In this document: one piece after another, positions 51,416 through 64,000 of the stretch
How the letters are laid out: each line of letters opens with the position of its first letter
Numbering within the stretch: the first letter of the stretch is position 1
Assembly (NCBI RefSeq): GCF_006345805.1
Contig: NC_043002.1
Span: 77,314,001 to 77,378,000 of the forward strand
Origin: Octopus sinensis
Lineage: Eukaryota
Length of the DNA: 64,000 bases
Direction of reading: 5' to 3'
Notes under the pieces: generated by a model
Seen by the model: only the letters and a program-made list of their open reading frames with translations
What the model was told of the DNA's origin: nothing
Databases searched by the model: none
Position numbers and translations under genes: made by a program

Positions 51416-52361
51416 TACTTAAATAATGACTGTCATAATTTAAAAAAAATTTTAATGGATTATTACTGACTCAGCTGTTATCTCTTAAATCATGATTCAA
51501 ACTGATAAGATGTCCATGCCAATCTTAACATTTTTTCGGTCACTGATCAACTCCTCAAAAAAAGCCAGGTATTTTTCTACCTTGCACTTGGTCCCTTCCC
51601 AGTAGCTACCTGGTTTACATTCACAATCCATTTTCACACATCACATGCATGTGCAGCCTAATTTTTTGTATGGGGGAAAAAATTGCATCAACTTGTCCAC
51701 AGATTGATTTCAGTTTTAAAAATTGAAAGTTTTAGCAAAACATTTTATCAATTATTTATCACTGTGCCCCAATAGTTGGGATGGTTCTTTCAGCACATCT
51801 CCTTTACCATTTTTTTTTTTTGGATAACACTATTTTGTCTGTCAAGACTAATGTTTGTATGAACTCAGAATTTTACTAATACCCTACAATGTCAAAAAGA
51901 TGGACAAAATACAACTCTGACAAAGACTAAATAGGATGGATAAAAAAAAAACAACAAAACTTTCAAATCTTCTAACTCAGCAACCTCAGAATATACTGTG
52001 GACATTAGGAGTTTGAAATATGTGAAAGGCAGCTAAGTTGCAACCAATGCTAACTTGGAGAAATTGCTATGTTATTAATGATGATATTCAATAAAACTAA
52101 TAGGTCGCTGTATGTTTGAATAATAATATATATTTTGCAACAAATATGTTAAATTTTCTATTGACAATTGGAAGAAATGAAGAAATAATTCAGTGGGAAT
52201 TAACTGAAACTAAATGAGATAAAATAAGCTTTGCAATATAGTAAAGAAATAGAGGATGAACCCAGCTGTAAGAACATTAATTTCTTCATTTTGATAGTTT
52301 CTATTGTCATAAGAAAGTAAAACTTTAATCTACAAATAACTTGGTCTCAAAAGATAATTTT

Positions 52362-52572
52362 CACTACTCTTTACTCTTTTACTTGTTTCAGTCATTTGAC
52401 TGCGGCCATGCTGGAGCACCGCCTTTAGTCGAGCAAATCGACCCCAGGACTTATTCTTTGTAATCCCAGTACTTATTCTATCGGTCTCTTTTGCCAAACC
52501 GCTAAGTGACGGGGACGTAAACACACCAGCATCGGTTGTCAAGCAATGCTAGGGGGACAAACACAGACACAT
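52362..52572 (-). mobile_element. SINE family A, 3' half, young (CpG-rich)
   Basis: Near-consensus tail and body ending at the internal (CA) tract. Confidence 0.88.
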
Positions 52573-54309
52573 TAACTCATTTTCTATTTTGTCTTAAAAA
52601 TAAAAACTATAATATCGTTTTTTTTTAATTGCATATTGGTTGTTCTAAGAAAGAAAGACAAATCTTAGAAATTCTTGCAGCTTAGTAGTTCAGGGGGAAA
52701 CATGAGTTGAAGACAAAAAAATTGGGCAAAGTAGATGAAGTGGTGGGGCAAGAAGGAAAGGTAAGAGAGAAAATAGGACAGAAATACCTCAAATACTGCA
52801 GTTATTGGGTGACCACAAGAACACTGCAGTTTTTGAGTGTATAAAGAAACACGTGAAACATCTAACTTATGTCTAGACAATCAAGAAAAATGAGTTTAAT
52901 TGCCTGAAATACTTTATGGGAAAAAGTGTATAAAAATTTATATAAATATAGAAGGAAATAAATGAATTAGATATAGTTTTCTTGTTTTACAAGTACAGTC
53001 ACCCTATACATAAAAAAAAAAATTAAATGCAGAAAACTAAAAGAACACATCCTGATAAGTGAGTAGTTGTACAATAAGAGCTATGAGATCTGATAACCAG
53101 ACACCTGCTACTGGTTCATAATGTTAGCTAGTACAACCAGGGCTTTGTCAGACTGTCACTAAACTGGCAATCTCAATAAGCTTGCTTGGTAGGAAGAGTA
53201 CTTTTTGTACATCTTACAGGATGAAAAGTAAAGCCTATCACAAAGGGCAGATAAACTCAGAAGGGTCTCCAATGTCTAGTAGATGTTAGGTGGTGCCACT
53301 CTGTGGATGTAGAATATGTGTAGTTTTGGTTTATCCTTGTCTGCTATGCATACTACAGCTCACCAAGCAAGTGTTACAAGTAACTGTAGAAGGTGTTAGC
53401 ACTTAAATCCTCCACAAGTAGCTTTATAAGTGAAAAGTATACTGGAGTGATCGTCACTTTGCAGAAAAGTAATTATATGTACCAGGTGCTCCTGCAAATA
53501 GTAATTATTTAATCCCAGGTCAACTCTGATTGAAGAGAACTATGATCAAAGGCATCCCAGTCTTGATCATCCCTTCTTTCAGGAATATGTAGGACTACCT
53601 TGTTTAATGTGACCTTACTATTTTTTCAAGATAGTAGAAGCATGATTTGATGAAAATTTGGCTGCTATTTCTAGTAGGTCGCATGACCATGTAAAAAACT
53701 TCTTCATTGGCTCTGTTATATCAAGTAGTATTCCACTGTGGAGTGTGTGAGAATTTTGTAGAAAGTTAACTGTTTAGATCTGAAATATCCTCCACCTCCA
53801 AGATATAGTTTGTAATCCAGACTAAACTATGTAAAGTATGTGTAATCTCTACAGAAGCCATTACATACTGGTTTATTTGAGTGGTGAGTTCTTTTGTATG
53901 GATATGTTTCTTTGAAGGGGTTTAATATCATGGATATGTTTCTTTGAGGGGGTTTAATATCCAAATTTTGGTTGTGTTGAAAGAGACAAAGTCGTCACTT
54001 CCTCATTGTAGAATGTTTGGGAGATTGTCTTTCACAGATGTTGATGTGCACATGAACAAAGACTGCACAGAGAAAGTAAAAGACAAGTGAAATGGTGTTA
54101 ACAGAGGAATGGGTGTGTGTTCAAGTTGATCTGAAATAAATTGATGATGTGAAGAGTGTAAGAGAGTGGTTCCATCAGCACAAGCTGCAATGATGTGATC
54201 TAAAAGGAAGTTTCCAAAGTGATTATTAATAATAGATTGTTGTGGTTGTTGTTCACACTAAAGATTAATTTAGGACATACTGTTTTTGTTTAGCCCCAAG
54301 TCAGCAGAC

Positions 54310-54800
54310 TTATATAATAATAATGAACTTATTGTATACAGTGCTCAGGTACACTATAACTCATCAGAAAAAATAGCCAAAGTGCATGAACGGTACATAG
54401 AATAATGCACAGGAAGTGAGCACAGTGAATGAGTCATTCAAATGAAGAAGGCAGTGGGGTGCATCACATGTACTGTTCATGAGTTTCAGGACACATGGAA
54501 GTTTTGAAGAGTGTAGTGTCCCAACAGCTTACTACAACTGATGCGGGTAGTTTATTCCATGCTTCAGTGGTTTTGAGCATGAAGAAATGTGCTGTGTTGT
54601 TTCTTGATTTCGTTAACATGTCCACAAGTGTTAGACATATGAAACTCAAAAAAGGTGCTCATGGTTGTTGTTGGAAAGATGGTAGTTAATCTTGAGGGTG
54701 TCTACCAAATCAGTTACCAGACATTGGAGGTGTAATATGTCCATACCCAGAGAAGCAAAATGTTCAGAGTATGGATGGTGTGTGATGGCAGGCATTCGTC
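54310..54800 (-). pseudogene. CR1/L2-type LINE 3' end
   Basis: Minus strand reads PYSEHFASLGMDILHLQCLVTDLVDTLKI and HFFMLKTTEAWNKLPASVV...LFKT, matching LxYxxRL..L..RR..GD and WNxLPxxVV...FK. An (ATT)-type tail lies near 54310. Confidence 0.75.
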
Positions 54801-55508
54801 TGGCTGCATGTTTATGAACAATTTTCAGGAGATTGATTTGCTGAACAAGACAAGGGTTCCATTTCAGCCATTTTAAAAATATTTTTCTAAAACTATGTCC
54901 AGTGTTTCCTTTTTTTGAGATGACAGGGTATGGCTTGAGGGAAACTTGGCAGCTATTTCAGGAATCTATAGTTTGCTATTTTTTCTCTGGTCAGATTCAG
55001 TTTAAAAATTAAAAGAAAAAACACAAAAACTTCTAGGGTAACAACTTTAAATTTGATTAAGTGTCGAGAGTATCGTTGCGTGGACTTGGGATTTCTAGTA
55101 AATCTGCTTTGTAGTCTGATGGTTGATGAGGCAGGAAAAGGACTTTAGATGGTTTTGAAGAGCCAATCTAGGACTAAGCAGCAAGAAAACAAAAGAAATG
55201 CTTGCGTTTATAGATTTAAAATAATTTCTGTCTTTTGCAAAGAGATGTGGTCAGCTTAATCATTCAGACCAATGGATTAATCTTGAATTAAAACTGATCT
55301 GGTGAGGTTAAAATTTTATAAAATTCTTAATTATGGTTGTGCTTTATTTATTTACCTTTTAATTCATAAATTCATCTATTTCATTAATTTTAACTAACAA
55401 AAGTATCATCACACATCCATACATACAACTGTCTGCTAACTATTTTCATTTTATTCCTGTTGACTGGTTTTATTATTCATTATATTTTTTTAAAAACACA
55501 TTGTTCAG

Positions 55509-55571
55509 ATTCTAGAGCCACAAATTCGAAGTCTTCCTCATCTCCAATCCCTACCCCAGAAAACCAACCAG
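55509..55571 (+). CDS. DLGAP: DLGAP-like gene: probable exon (63 nt, phase 1-1)
   Basis: ttgttcag acceptor and AG/GTAAAC donor. Reads (D)SRATNSKSSSSPIPTPENQP. Confidence 0.6.
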
Positions 55572-55638
55572 GTAAACCCTGTTTGTAAGCACTGATATTA
55601 CTCTCACCAGATTTATATATGTCCACTATTTTTATCAG

Positions 55639-55710
55639 GAAACCACATCACGAATAGCTTACCTCCTAAAATATCCCCTGATGGTCATCTGATGGTAATG
55701 GATGCCACAG
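55639..55710 (+). CDS. DLGAP: DLGAP-like gene: probable exon (72 nt, phase 1-1)
   Basis: ctatttttatcag acceptor and strong CAG/GTAAGA donor. Only the phase-1 frame is open: (G)NHITNSLPPKISPDGHLMVMDAT. Confidence 0.65.
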
Positions 55711-56409
55711 GTAAGATCACTTAAGCACTGCACCAAATAGACTAGAAGGCAGCATTTCCTTTCAAGATTTTCACATACGTTATTGGTATTCTCTTAAAGA
55801 GCTATTGGGACTTTTGGTGCTACGATTTTTTTTTTCTGCTTTTTGGTAAAAGTTTATTATTTTTTTTAATGGTTTGCTTTGATTAAGACAATATAATATA
55901 TGCACATGTACATACATACGTATACACACACACACTCACATTCCCTCATAATCAAGTAGCAGTTTAGTGTTCTAACAGATACGAGCAGTGCCCAGTTACA
56001 ATTTAACATCCTTACTACTTTAACACTGGCTGATGGTACAAGCAAACAGCAGCCATGCTGAGAATTGTTGTTTGGCATTTGTGTGAAATGAGATAATGAG
56101 AGCTAGATTTCCTCTACTAATATAGGTTATTTTGATTTTGTTTTGTCATTGTTTTTGTCTCTTATTTTCTATGCATAGCTGTATATCTGTCCAGTAAAAA
56201 AGCAACAGCACTATCAATTACTACTTAAGTAAATCTATGGTTGAGAGGGAAGGTAGTGAGTCATCAACTGGATAAAGTTTTGAAAGTAGAACTAAAAAAT
56301 AGTGCATGATAAAATTGGGTTAAAAAAATAATGCTATTTAGGTTTGTCAAGACATGGAATACTAAATACTATATTTCTAGTGGAACAGCCTAAAGAAAAA
56401 CTCTTAATT

Positions 56410-57320
56410 TAGAACAAACAAGTGTATCTTGTTTTCATTGACCTGGAGAATATTTTTACTTACCACAAGTTGTAGTGTTGACTATTCTATATTGTTTCGG
56501 TAACTGAATGATAGGTAAATGACTTATGAAGGTATTTTAGACTAAATATGAGAGAGATAAACTCTAAAACAACAGTGAAGCAATCACAAAGAAGTCTAGG
56601 ACTGGTCATTCAGAAAAAATATTGAGGAACTACAAAATTCATTACTTAGAAGACTGGGTTTAACATGACCAAGGCCTAAGAACAAATGTTACTGTTACTC
56701 AGTCTAAGAGAAATGGTTTGACTCTATGCAGGAAACACATTGGTAGAAACAGTCTGACCAAACATTAGATGCATAAAAGAGTCTGTAGCCACTTGCAGGT
56801 ATACCATATCCTGTGGAATATCTAACAAGTTACCAATCAACTGTGACTTGGCATAATATTTCAAAATAGGACAAATTATAATATATACTGCATGTGAATG
56901 GTGTAGAAGAAGTTCAGAGAAATGTGGCATGTGTATGAGGTGGGATTTATAGAAAAACATCAATGAAACTGTGAAATGAAATTACATAAAATGGTGGGAA
57001 GAATGAGTTGAATGCTGTCAATTGTCTATTTACTTAAAATTGAGAGTAGCCACTGCATGATCTTTCTTAGCTAACTTACATTCAAATATGTTAGATGACA
57101 TATATGAGAAAAATAATTGTTCAGATATGGATAGGTAATATAACTATATGTGTGCTGAGTGAAAAATCGTTTTGAGATGCTAAGAAAGAGGTGTTGGCAT
57201 TACAAGACCTGAGAAAAAGTTGTTAGCATCCACATCAATTGTCAGTGATAAAATGGAGAAAGCCAATGTATACAATCTGTTCGAATACTGTCTCTTATTT
57301 TTCTATTCAGGTAGCAGAAA
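56410..57320 (+). pseudogene. Very old RTE-clade RT relic
   Basis: YLVFIDLENIF resembles the RT motif YLAFVDLEKAF; RKHIGRNS...MHKRVC resembles the Cys/His insert seen at 43560. Heavily disrupted. Confidence 0.5.
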
Positions 57321-58467
57321 ATCTTAGATTTATAAGAGAAAGTAAATTAGAGCATTAACTATACAAGTGAAACAGTTATAACTAGATATTAATACATAAT
57401 CAGGGTTCACAGGGTTCACAAAAATACTACAGTCCAATATATTTCTATAACCCTGTTCAGCTTCTCTAAACTTCCGTCCTCTTCTATTGTAAACCCTTCA
57501 AATAATTCACTGCCTTTGCCTTTCCACTTCTCACTGCCCACACTATTACTTTCTCAAGGCACTCCTCAATGCAGCAGTTGGTGTCACCAATCATTAACCT
57601 TTAGCACTTCACTTTACACTTATTTCCTACACTTTCCAGTCTTAAGAAAGCCAGAAAAAGTTAACTCATTGGAAATTAATTGATATATAATGTTGTCTTA
57701 GGAGGGTCTTTATTCCGATAATAAGCATATGCACTGGTTGTATTTCACTTCTTTCAGTATTATTCATCAACTAGTTAATTATTTGACCAATTAATTAGAG
57801 AGGGCATGCCATTAAGTTCATGAATGGCAATGAAAGGACTTTGAAAAAGCCAGCTGATTGATTGATTGACTGAACAATTAACCAAACAACAATTAGTTAA
57901 TTGGTTAAATATTAACTGACTGACTATGATAATAAATATAACTGAAACAGAACTAGTGTGTGTATTTATTATTAGCATAATTACCTTTCTGAGATACAAC
58001 AAAATCTGTTTCAATACAAGTTCACATCAACAATCTTACAAAGCAAATAGAAAAAAAGTATATAAGGTACACCAGATACCACTAATTACTCAATTGATCA
58101 TTACCATGATATATGGTTAATTAAGCAGAAAAGGCTACTCAAGAGCCAAAATATAGTCAAGAGCTGAGAGATAACTACAAAATGTTTTAACTGCCTACAG
58201 GTATAATCAGTGTATCCATTGTTGGCATACAGTATATATCATTTCTATGTTATGTAGTAATATGTGAGTAATAGTTTCCTTCTACAAACTTCCACTCACA
58301 AGCCATTTGTTAATCTGTGGCTGTGGTAGGAGACATTTTCCCAAGGTGTTGTGGTGTTGTACAGTGGGACCAAACCTGGAACCACATGGTTACAGATGTA
58401 AAAGAAATTGCCTTCACCACACAGCCATGCCAGCATCCTATATGATTTTGTTAGTACCACCAAAATA

Positions 58468-58910
58468 TCATCATCATCATCGTTTAACGTCCGCTTTCCA
58501 TGCTAGCATGGGTTGGACGGTTCAACTGGGGTCTGGCAAGCCCGAAGGCTGCACCAGGCCAGTCAGATCTGGCAGTGTTTCTACAGCTGGATGCCCTTCC
58601 TAACGCCAACCACTCCGAGAGCGTAGTGGGTGATTTTATGTGCCACCGACACAGGTGCCAGACGAGGCTGGCAGACGGCCACGCTCGGATGGTGTTTTTT
58701 ATGTGCCACCAACACAGGTGCCAGATGAGGCTGGCAGACGGCCACACTCGGATGGTGTTTTCTTATGTGCCACCAACACAGGTGCCAGACGAGGCTGGCG
58801 AATGGCCACGCTTGGATGGTATTTATTACGTGCCCTCAGCACGGAGGCCAGTCGATGCGGTACTGGCTACGGTCACGTTCGGATGGTTTTCTTATGTGCC
58901 ACCGGCACTG
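58468..58910 (-). mobile_element. 5'-truncated RTE 3' UTR with a five-unit array
   Basis: (TCA)n tail at 58468, near-consensus body and 62-64-bp units. Flanks GTACCACCAAAATA / GTACCACAAGGATA (11/14) resemble a decayed TSD. Confidence 0.88.
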
Positions 58911-60544
58911 GTACCACAAGGATACAAATTCCATTGATGTTCATCTATTTTGATCTGGTTTGATTTGATCAAGGCAAGGCATCAGTGCAACTTGTCTCAA
59001 TGCTTGTGTATAAATTTAAACTAGTGTCTGTTGAAGATGCAATCCATTGCAATCGTGTTTGGCTTTAAAACAGTTATGTTGAAATAAGAACATTTTTACC
59101 AAATACAAATTATTGGAAAGAATCAGTCACGAGTTTAACTAATAATCATATCAGTGCAGAACAGATAAGTTGTAAAAACTAGATGATATTTTGTGATCAG
59201 AATTAAAGGAACAGCAAATATGTCCAGCCATTCATTACATGCACATTGACATATCATGGAAATTAGTATTTCAATGTTAATACGAAGATAGCCTGGATAA
59301 ATATGCATTGTGATACAGACATGTCGCGTGTGTGTATGTGTGAGAAAGAGAGAGAATATCTGAAGAAGGAATAAGTCCAAAATTTCTTTGAGTTCATACA
59401 TAAATTTAAATGGTTGAAAATATTTATTTCTAGTGTTTTACATTAATTGTTAGCTTGCTACATATTTTGGGAATATTTCTGGTTCTTTGTTATTATTATT
59501 TTTTATATTATTTTTTTTTTTTTTCATGTTTCAATCTGGTTTTGGGTTTCATTTAAATCAAGAATTATCCTTATCAATGGGTGCAATTGCTAAATGGGTA
59601 ATATGCAGAAATTCCTTTGGTTTAACCCTTATATCACATACCTAAATTACTGCAGTTAATGCAGTGTAGCCCTAAACCTGGTACAAGTAATATATATATA
59701 AGTACTATTGATGCATAGAACTGACACAACACTTAGACAGATTACAGAAGCTACACATATAACAGTAGACAGACTGAGACTTAATTAGAAAACATGAATG
59801 GAACAATAACACCCACTACCACATGACTAAAGACAGTAGGGATGTGAAGAGAGAGGGAAAAGGAGAAGGAAGGGGTAAAAACTGTAAATAATACAGAAAC
59901 ATACAGAGTGATACACACACAATAGACACATATACACTTACCTGTGATACAAGAAATAGATAGATGTATAAAAAAATAAACAAATATGTAAATATATCTG
60001 CCACATACCTGTGATAAATGTAAGACAGGGATAGATAATATAAATAAATAAAACTATATAAAGGTCATGGATACATATGAAGCGAATCCATACACACACA
60101 CAAACACACACATGAAACCTCATGGACAGCCATATGTCAACAACACAACTAACACAGTAGGCTGCAGCTGTGGTGCCAACGAGGGCAATAATAACAACAA
60201 CTACTACCACAATGGCAACACCATAGATGAAAACACATACACCGAGGAATACAGGAACTGTACCTCCCCCCCCTTTTTTTTTCTCAGGTCTTAGGACAGC
60301 AGCAGCACAATGGGGAGAGAGGTTGGAGCTGAGGGGAAGACCACACTGCTGCTAAAAGCTATGACACACACACAAAAACGCATGCACACATAAGGATACA
60401 CATCTTAAAAGAACAGAATGGAGTAAGTGGAGCAAGAACACACACGAAAAGAAAAAGTGTCACTGAAGAGGTCACAGATGAGAGATGAAAGATTTCTGGA
60501 CAATGGACAGATGTTAAAATAATAAAATAAGTAATAATAAAACA

Positions 60545-61266
60545 GGTTGAGGGAACCTGTGAAAGAGGTAGACCTGAGATGAGGTGGTGAAGCACGACCT
60601 TCGAACATTAGGCCTCACCAAGGCAAGGACTAGTGACCAAGACCTTTGGAAATATGCTGTGCTTGAGAATACCCGGCAAGCCAAGTGAGACCATAACCTG
60701 TGGCCTATGCCAGGGGTGTAACCAGCCCACTTATGCGTACCTTTCCTTCATGGGACACTAAACTCTGCTTGTGAAGACCTGTTGAGGCAAGTGAAATCAA
60801 AATCAAATTCGATGACTAGCATCTGTGCTAGTGGAGCGCTAAGAGAACCATCCGAGTGTGATCGTTGCCAGAGCAGCTAATTGGCTTCAGTGCCGGTGGC
60901 ATGTAAAAAGCACCATTTGAGCGTGATCATTACCAGCATCGCCTTACTGGCACTTGTGCTGGTGGCATATGAAAAAACATTCTAGCGAGCTCGTTGCCAG
61001 TGCCGCTGGACTGGCTCCTGTGCAGGTGGCACATAAAAAACATCATTCGAGCGAGGTCATTGCCAGTACCGCCTGACTGGCCCTCATGCCAGTGGCATGT
61101 AAAAGCACCCACTACACTCTCGAAGTAGTTGGCATTAGGAAGGGCATCCAACTGTAGAAACTCTGCCAGATCAGACTGGAGCCTGGTGCAGCCATCTGGT
61201 TTGCCAGTCCTCAGTCAAATCGTCCAACCCATGATAGCATGGAAAGCGGACGTTAAATGATGATGA

Positions 61267-61270
<4 letters not shown>
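60545..61270 (+). mobile_element. RTE LINE 3' end: ORF C-terminus (to TGA 60686-60688) plus complete 3' UTR array and (GAT)n tail
   Basis: With a small deletion it reads VEGTCERGRP..DEVVKHDLRTLGLTKARTSDQDLWKYAVLENTRQAK*. This is the typical RTE C-terminal G.R.RGRP..W...V..DL...GL......DR..W motif. Confidence 0.88.
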
Positions 61271-61304
<34 letters not shown>

Positions 61305-62869
61305 CGTGTGCTTATTTGGCAAAAAAAAAATTAATAAATAAAATGACCATCCCGAAATACAACAATATATATATAATCATGATGCAATAGTTACAGCAGC
61401 ACAAGTAGGTGCACATTGTGGGCTTCCCTACAGTTTCCATCTACCAATTTCACTCAAACCTTTGTTCAGCCTAGAGCTGTAGAATAAAAACAATTTCTCA
61501 AGATACCATGCATTTAGATCAAACCTGGGGCTCATGATTGCCAAGTGAAGTTCAGGTTTGCATCTAAATATTACCTGCATCAAATATTAAAATATTCAAC
61601 CAAACCATACATTCACAAAAGAGCCTCTATAAGCCAGCAAAAGAGCTTCTGTGTAGTTGTTTGACATACAATAGCAGTCAAATTTCCATCAAATCACACC
61701 CTGCTATCTTTAAAAAAACGTCACAAAGCATAAATGTAATCAGTGATAAATATACAATGGCGTAATCATGGCTGGAATGCTTTTGATCAGAGGTCTGCTT
61801 GACTACAACAGTTAGTGAGGCTAACCAACACTTACACACATATAATTAGCTCAATGGGTTGGTTTTTCTGTTAGTCTACTTCACAGTCAGTTACTTGAGT
61901 CCTTTCCTTATAAAAAAAAAATTGTTGTTTTTGATAACCAGTTATGGAATTTGCTGTTACAAAATTAGACATGATGAGGTCAGTGTATATAGTTACTGGT
62001 TGACTGACCGTTCGAATATATGTAACCTCTGACATTATCGATAGACTCAATTGCGGTTAGTCCAATAGTCAATAAATGCTAGCAGAAGTTACAGAGAAAA
62101 AAAAAGCATTACATTACAGAAACAAAGAGCAATTTATTGATTCGTATTATGATAAACTAATTTTGTATTATACTACACCAAGAAATGGCTCCAGTAGCTA
62201 TAAAACAACCAATATTTGACTTGACTTGCTAACCAATCTCAGCTTGCAGTAAACAAATTCAGAACTCCATCTTTAGCATTTCAACAATGAAGTTAATTCA
62301 TTTAATCCAACCATGCTCAGTCTTGTTAGAATTTTAATGACGGCATCTGGAAAGCTCCCAAATCATATAAAAAGCCACATTAGTGTTATCAATTCCTCAT
62401 TTTAACATGAATTTAGTACAGACCTAATACTGTTGCTGTTGTGAGTGCTATGGGGCTAACAAAAACCAGACAAGTGTGGAGTGAACACTTAATAGTTATG
62501 AAGTTAAAAACACAAGATTACTGACCACATTGTATTATAAATTCAGACTTGACAACAGTCATTATGTTCAGCCTATGACTAAATCCTGTGACTTAGACTG
62601 GCTGGCAACATAGTTAAGTGATTTAGTGGTTAAAAATTATCCAACTGTTAATTTTTTTTTTTTTAAGTATATAAATACCTATGTTTGCATAAGCTCATCT
62701 CACCCTTTGAAATAAGTAAAGGTAAGAAACCTCTAAATATTGGTTCATTTTTATCTGTATACTTTGTCAACATAATGACAGATGTTGCTGATTTTTCTCA
62801 TGAAATTGATTTTATTCTTTCCTATTAATTTCAAATTGCAATAAATTAAATCATTTTCAACTTCTATAG

Positions 62870-62895
62870 ATGAAGGAAAATCAGATGACCTGTAA
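62870..62895 (+). CDS. DLGAP: DLGAP-like gene: candidate terminal coding exon, (D)EGKSDDL*
   Basis: ttttcaacttctatag acceptor, phase 1 matching 55710, and TAA at 62893-62895 followed by AT-rich UTR-like sequence. Short, so support is limited. Confidence 0.5.
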
Positions 62896-63639
62896 ACTGG
62901 CTTAAAAGTATTTATTTGCTGTGATTTTTAATCCATTTCAGAATCTATAAATTTTATATATTTTTTATAACTGCAGAGAAGTATAATTAAATTGTTATTG
63001 ACTGACTTTTTTTTTATATTTTAGATATTCCTTCAAGTATATACAAACTAATATATTTATTGCTTTCTATACATGCTATTAATTCTATTATGTGTTACCC
63101 TGTACAAAATATAAACGCTTAAATTTTAATTTAAGTGTATTGAGTCAAAAGAACAGCATACCCAATGACATTTTCAGTCTTTTTTAAACTATTGATGTTG
63201 ATGCAGTCTTTAGTTTGGCCTCTGCTTCAGCTGTCTAGGGAAAATATTATCAAACATGGAATTCTAGAATACTGTAGTTTAGTGAAGGAATAATTAGGAA
63301 GTTTGAGGGTTGAGACACAATAGTGACAAGGAAGAGAAGAAAGATGGGGATATCAGGTGGAGTTGTCAGAGATAGTGGAAACAGCAGATGGGACTAAACC
63401 CAAAATTATGTAGATGAAAAATGAACTTTACACAGCTTTGTCGTATACAATATTGAGCTACTTCAGTTTTCACTTTGACTACTTGTTCAATCAGAAGCTC
63501 CAGTCAATTCAATATTATCAATAAATGTTTTGTTGTTGCCTACAAGTTACTTAACAATACAATATAATCTATTTCTGTATGTGTTTGTGAAATCTCTATA
63601 TAAATTATCACAGATTGTGTGTGACTGTGATGGATTTAA

Positions 63640-64000
63640 CTGTATGTTGTTCATGAAATGCAAGGGGGTTTTCTTTCATACATGTAGTGATTGTGATTTT
63701 GTAGCACTGAAGAACAAGTTGTCATATCTCCATTATATTTCAGCAGTGCAAATCTTGTGTATGATGTCTACATTGCATGCGAATAACACTTGTCTGTGGA
63801 AGGTTAAAGAGCAATGAAGGGTGATGTCATATGCATAGGTATCATAAGAAGTAACATCAAGAAAGTTATTAATGTAGAGAAGGAAGAGTATGGAAGACAA
63901 AATCAAATTCTGAGGTACACCAAAGTTGATAGAATATGGGCTGGTGAGTTCCATTACTACATGCTTCAGCAGAACAGTCTAACAAATCACAAGAGATGTG
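63640..64000 (-). pseudogene. CR1-like LINE RT relic running off the window edge
   Basis: Reads SINFGVPQNLILSSILFLLYINNFLDV...YAYDITLH, matching RT motifs GVPQGS..P.LFLLYIND and YADD. Confidence 0.75.

Noticed and set aside
57311-57327. Candidate terminal exon GSRKS* after ttctattcag
   Set aside because: Lies at the end of the decayed RTE relic, in the position of the HGSET motif; the 62870 exon is the better candidate.
60067-60294. 75-aa ORF MDTYEANPY...
   Set aside because: Built from CA/AAC low-complexity sequence with no recognisable domain or splice support.

Overview
AT-rich, repeat-dense eukaryotic (metazoan) genomic DNA. The SINE, MITE and RTE families look like those of an octopod cephalopod (Octopus-like); this is recalled family similarity, not a database result. 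The window is mostly intronic sequence of one + strand gene of the DLGAP/SAPAP/GKAP postsynaptic scaffold family. Eight phase-compatible exons can be assembled by eye: 17533-17996, 28713-28818, 29921-30012, 31616-31768, 44450-44516, 55509-55571, 55639-55710 and 62870-62895. They total 1043 nt and read open to a TAA; the 5' end is not resolved. The three middle exons encode a clear GKAP homology (GH1) domain. The introns hold several tRNA-derived SINE families, 5'-truncated RTE LINE 3' ends, older CR1-like and RTE RT relics, mariner deletion derivatives, a Tigger/pogo-like element, piggyBac-type (TTAA) MITEs, a hAT-type MITE, microsatellites and a 727-bp perfect tandem duplication. The most unusual observation is that the RTE 3' UTR is a tandem array of ~62-67-nt units. 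Each unit carries a predicted H-type RNA pseudoknot (stem 1 variants pair-matched across copies) plus a GCCAG/CTGGC hairpin. No prokaryotic features, CRISPR arrays or true tRNA/rRNA genes were found.
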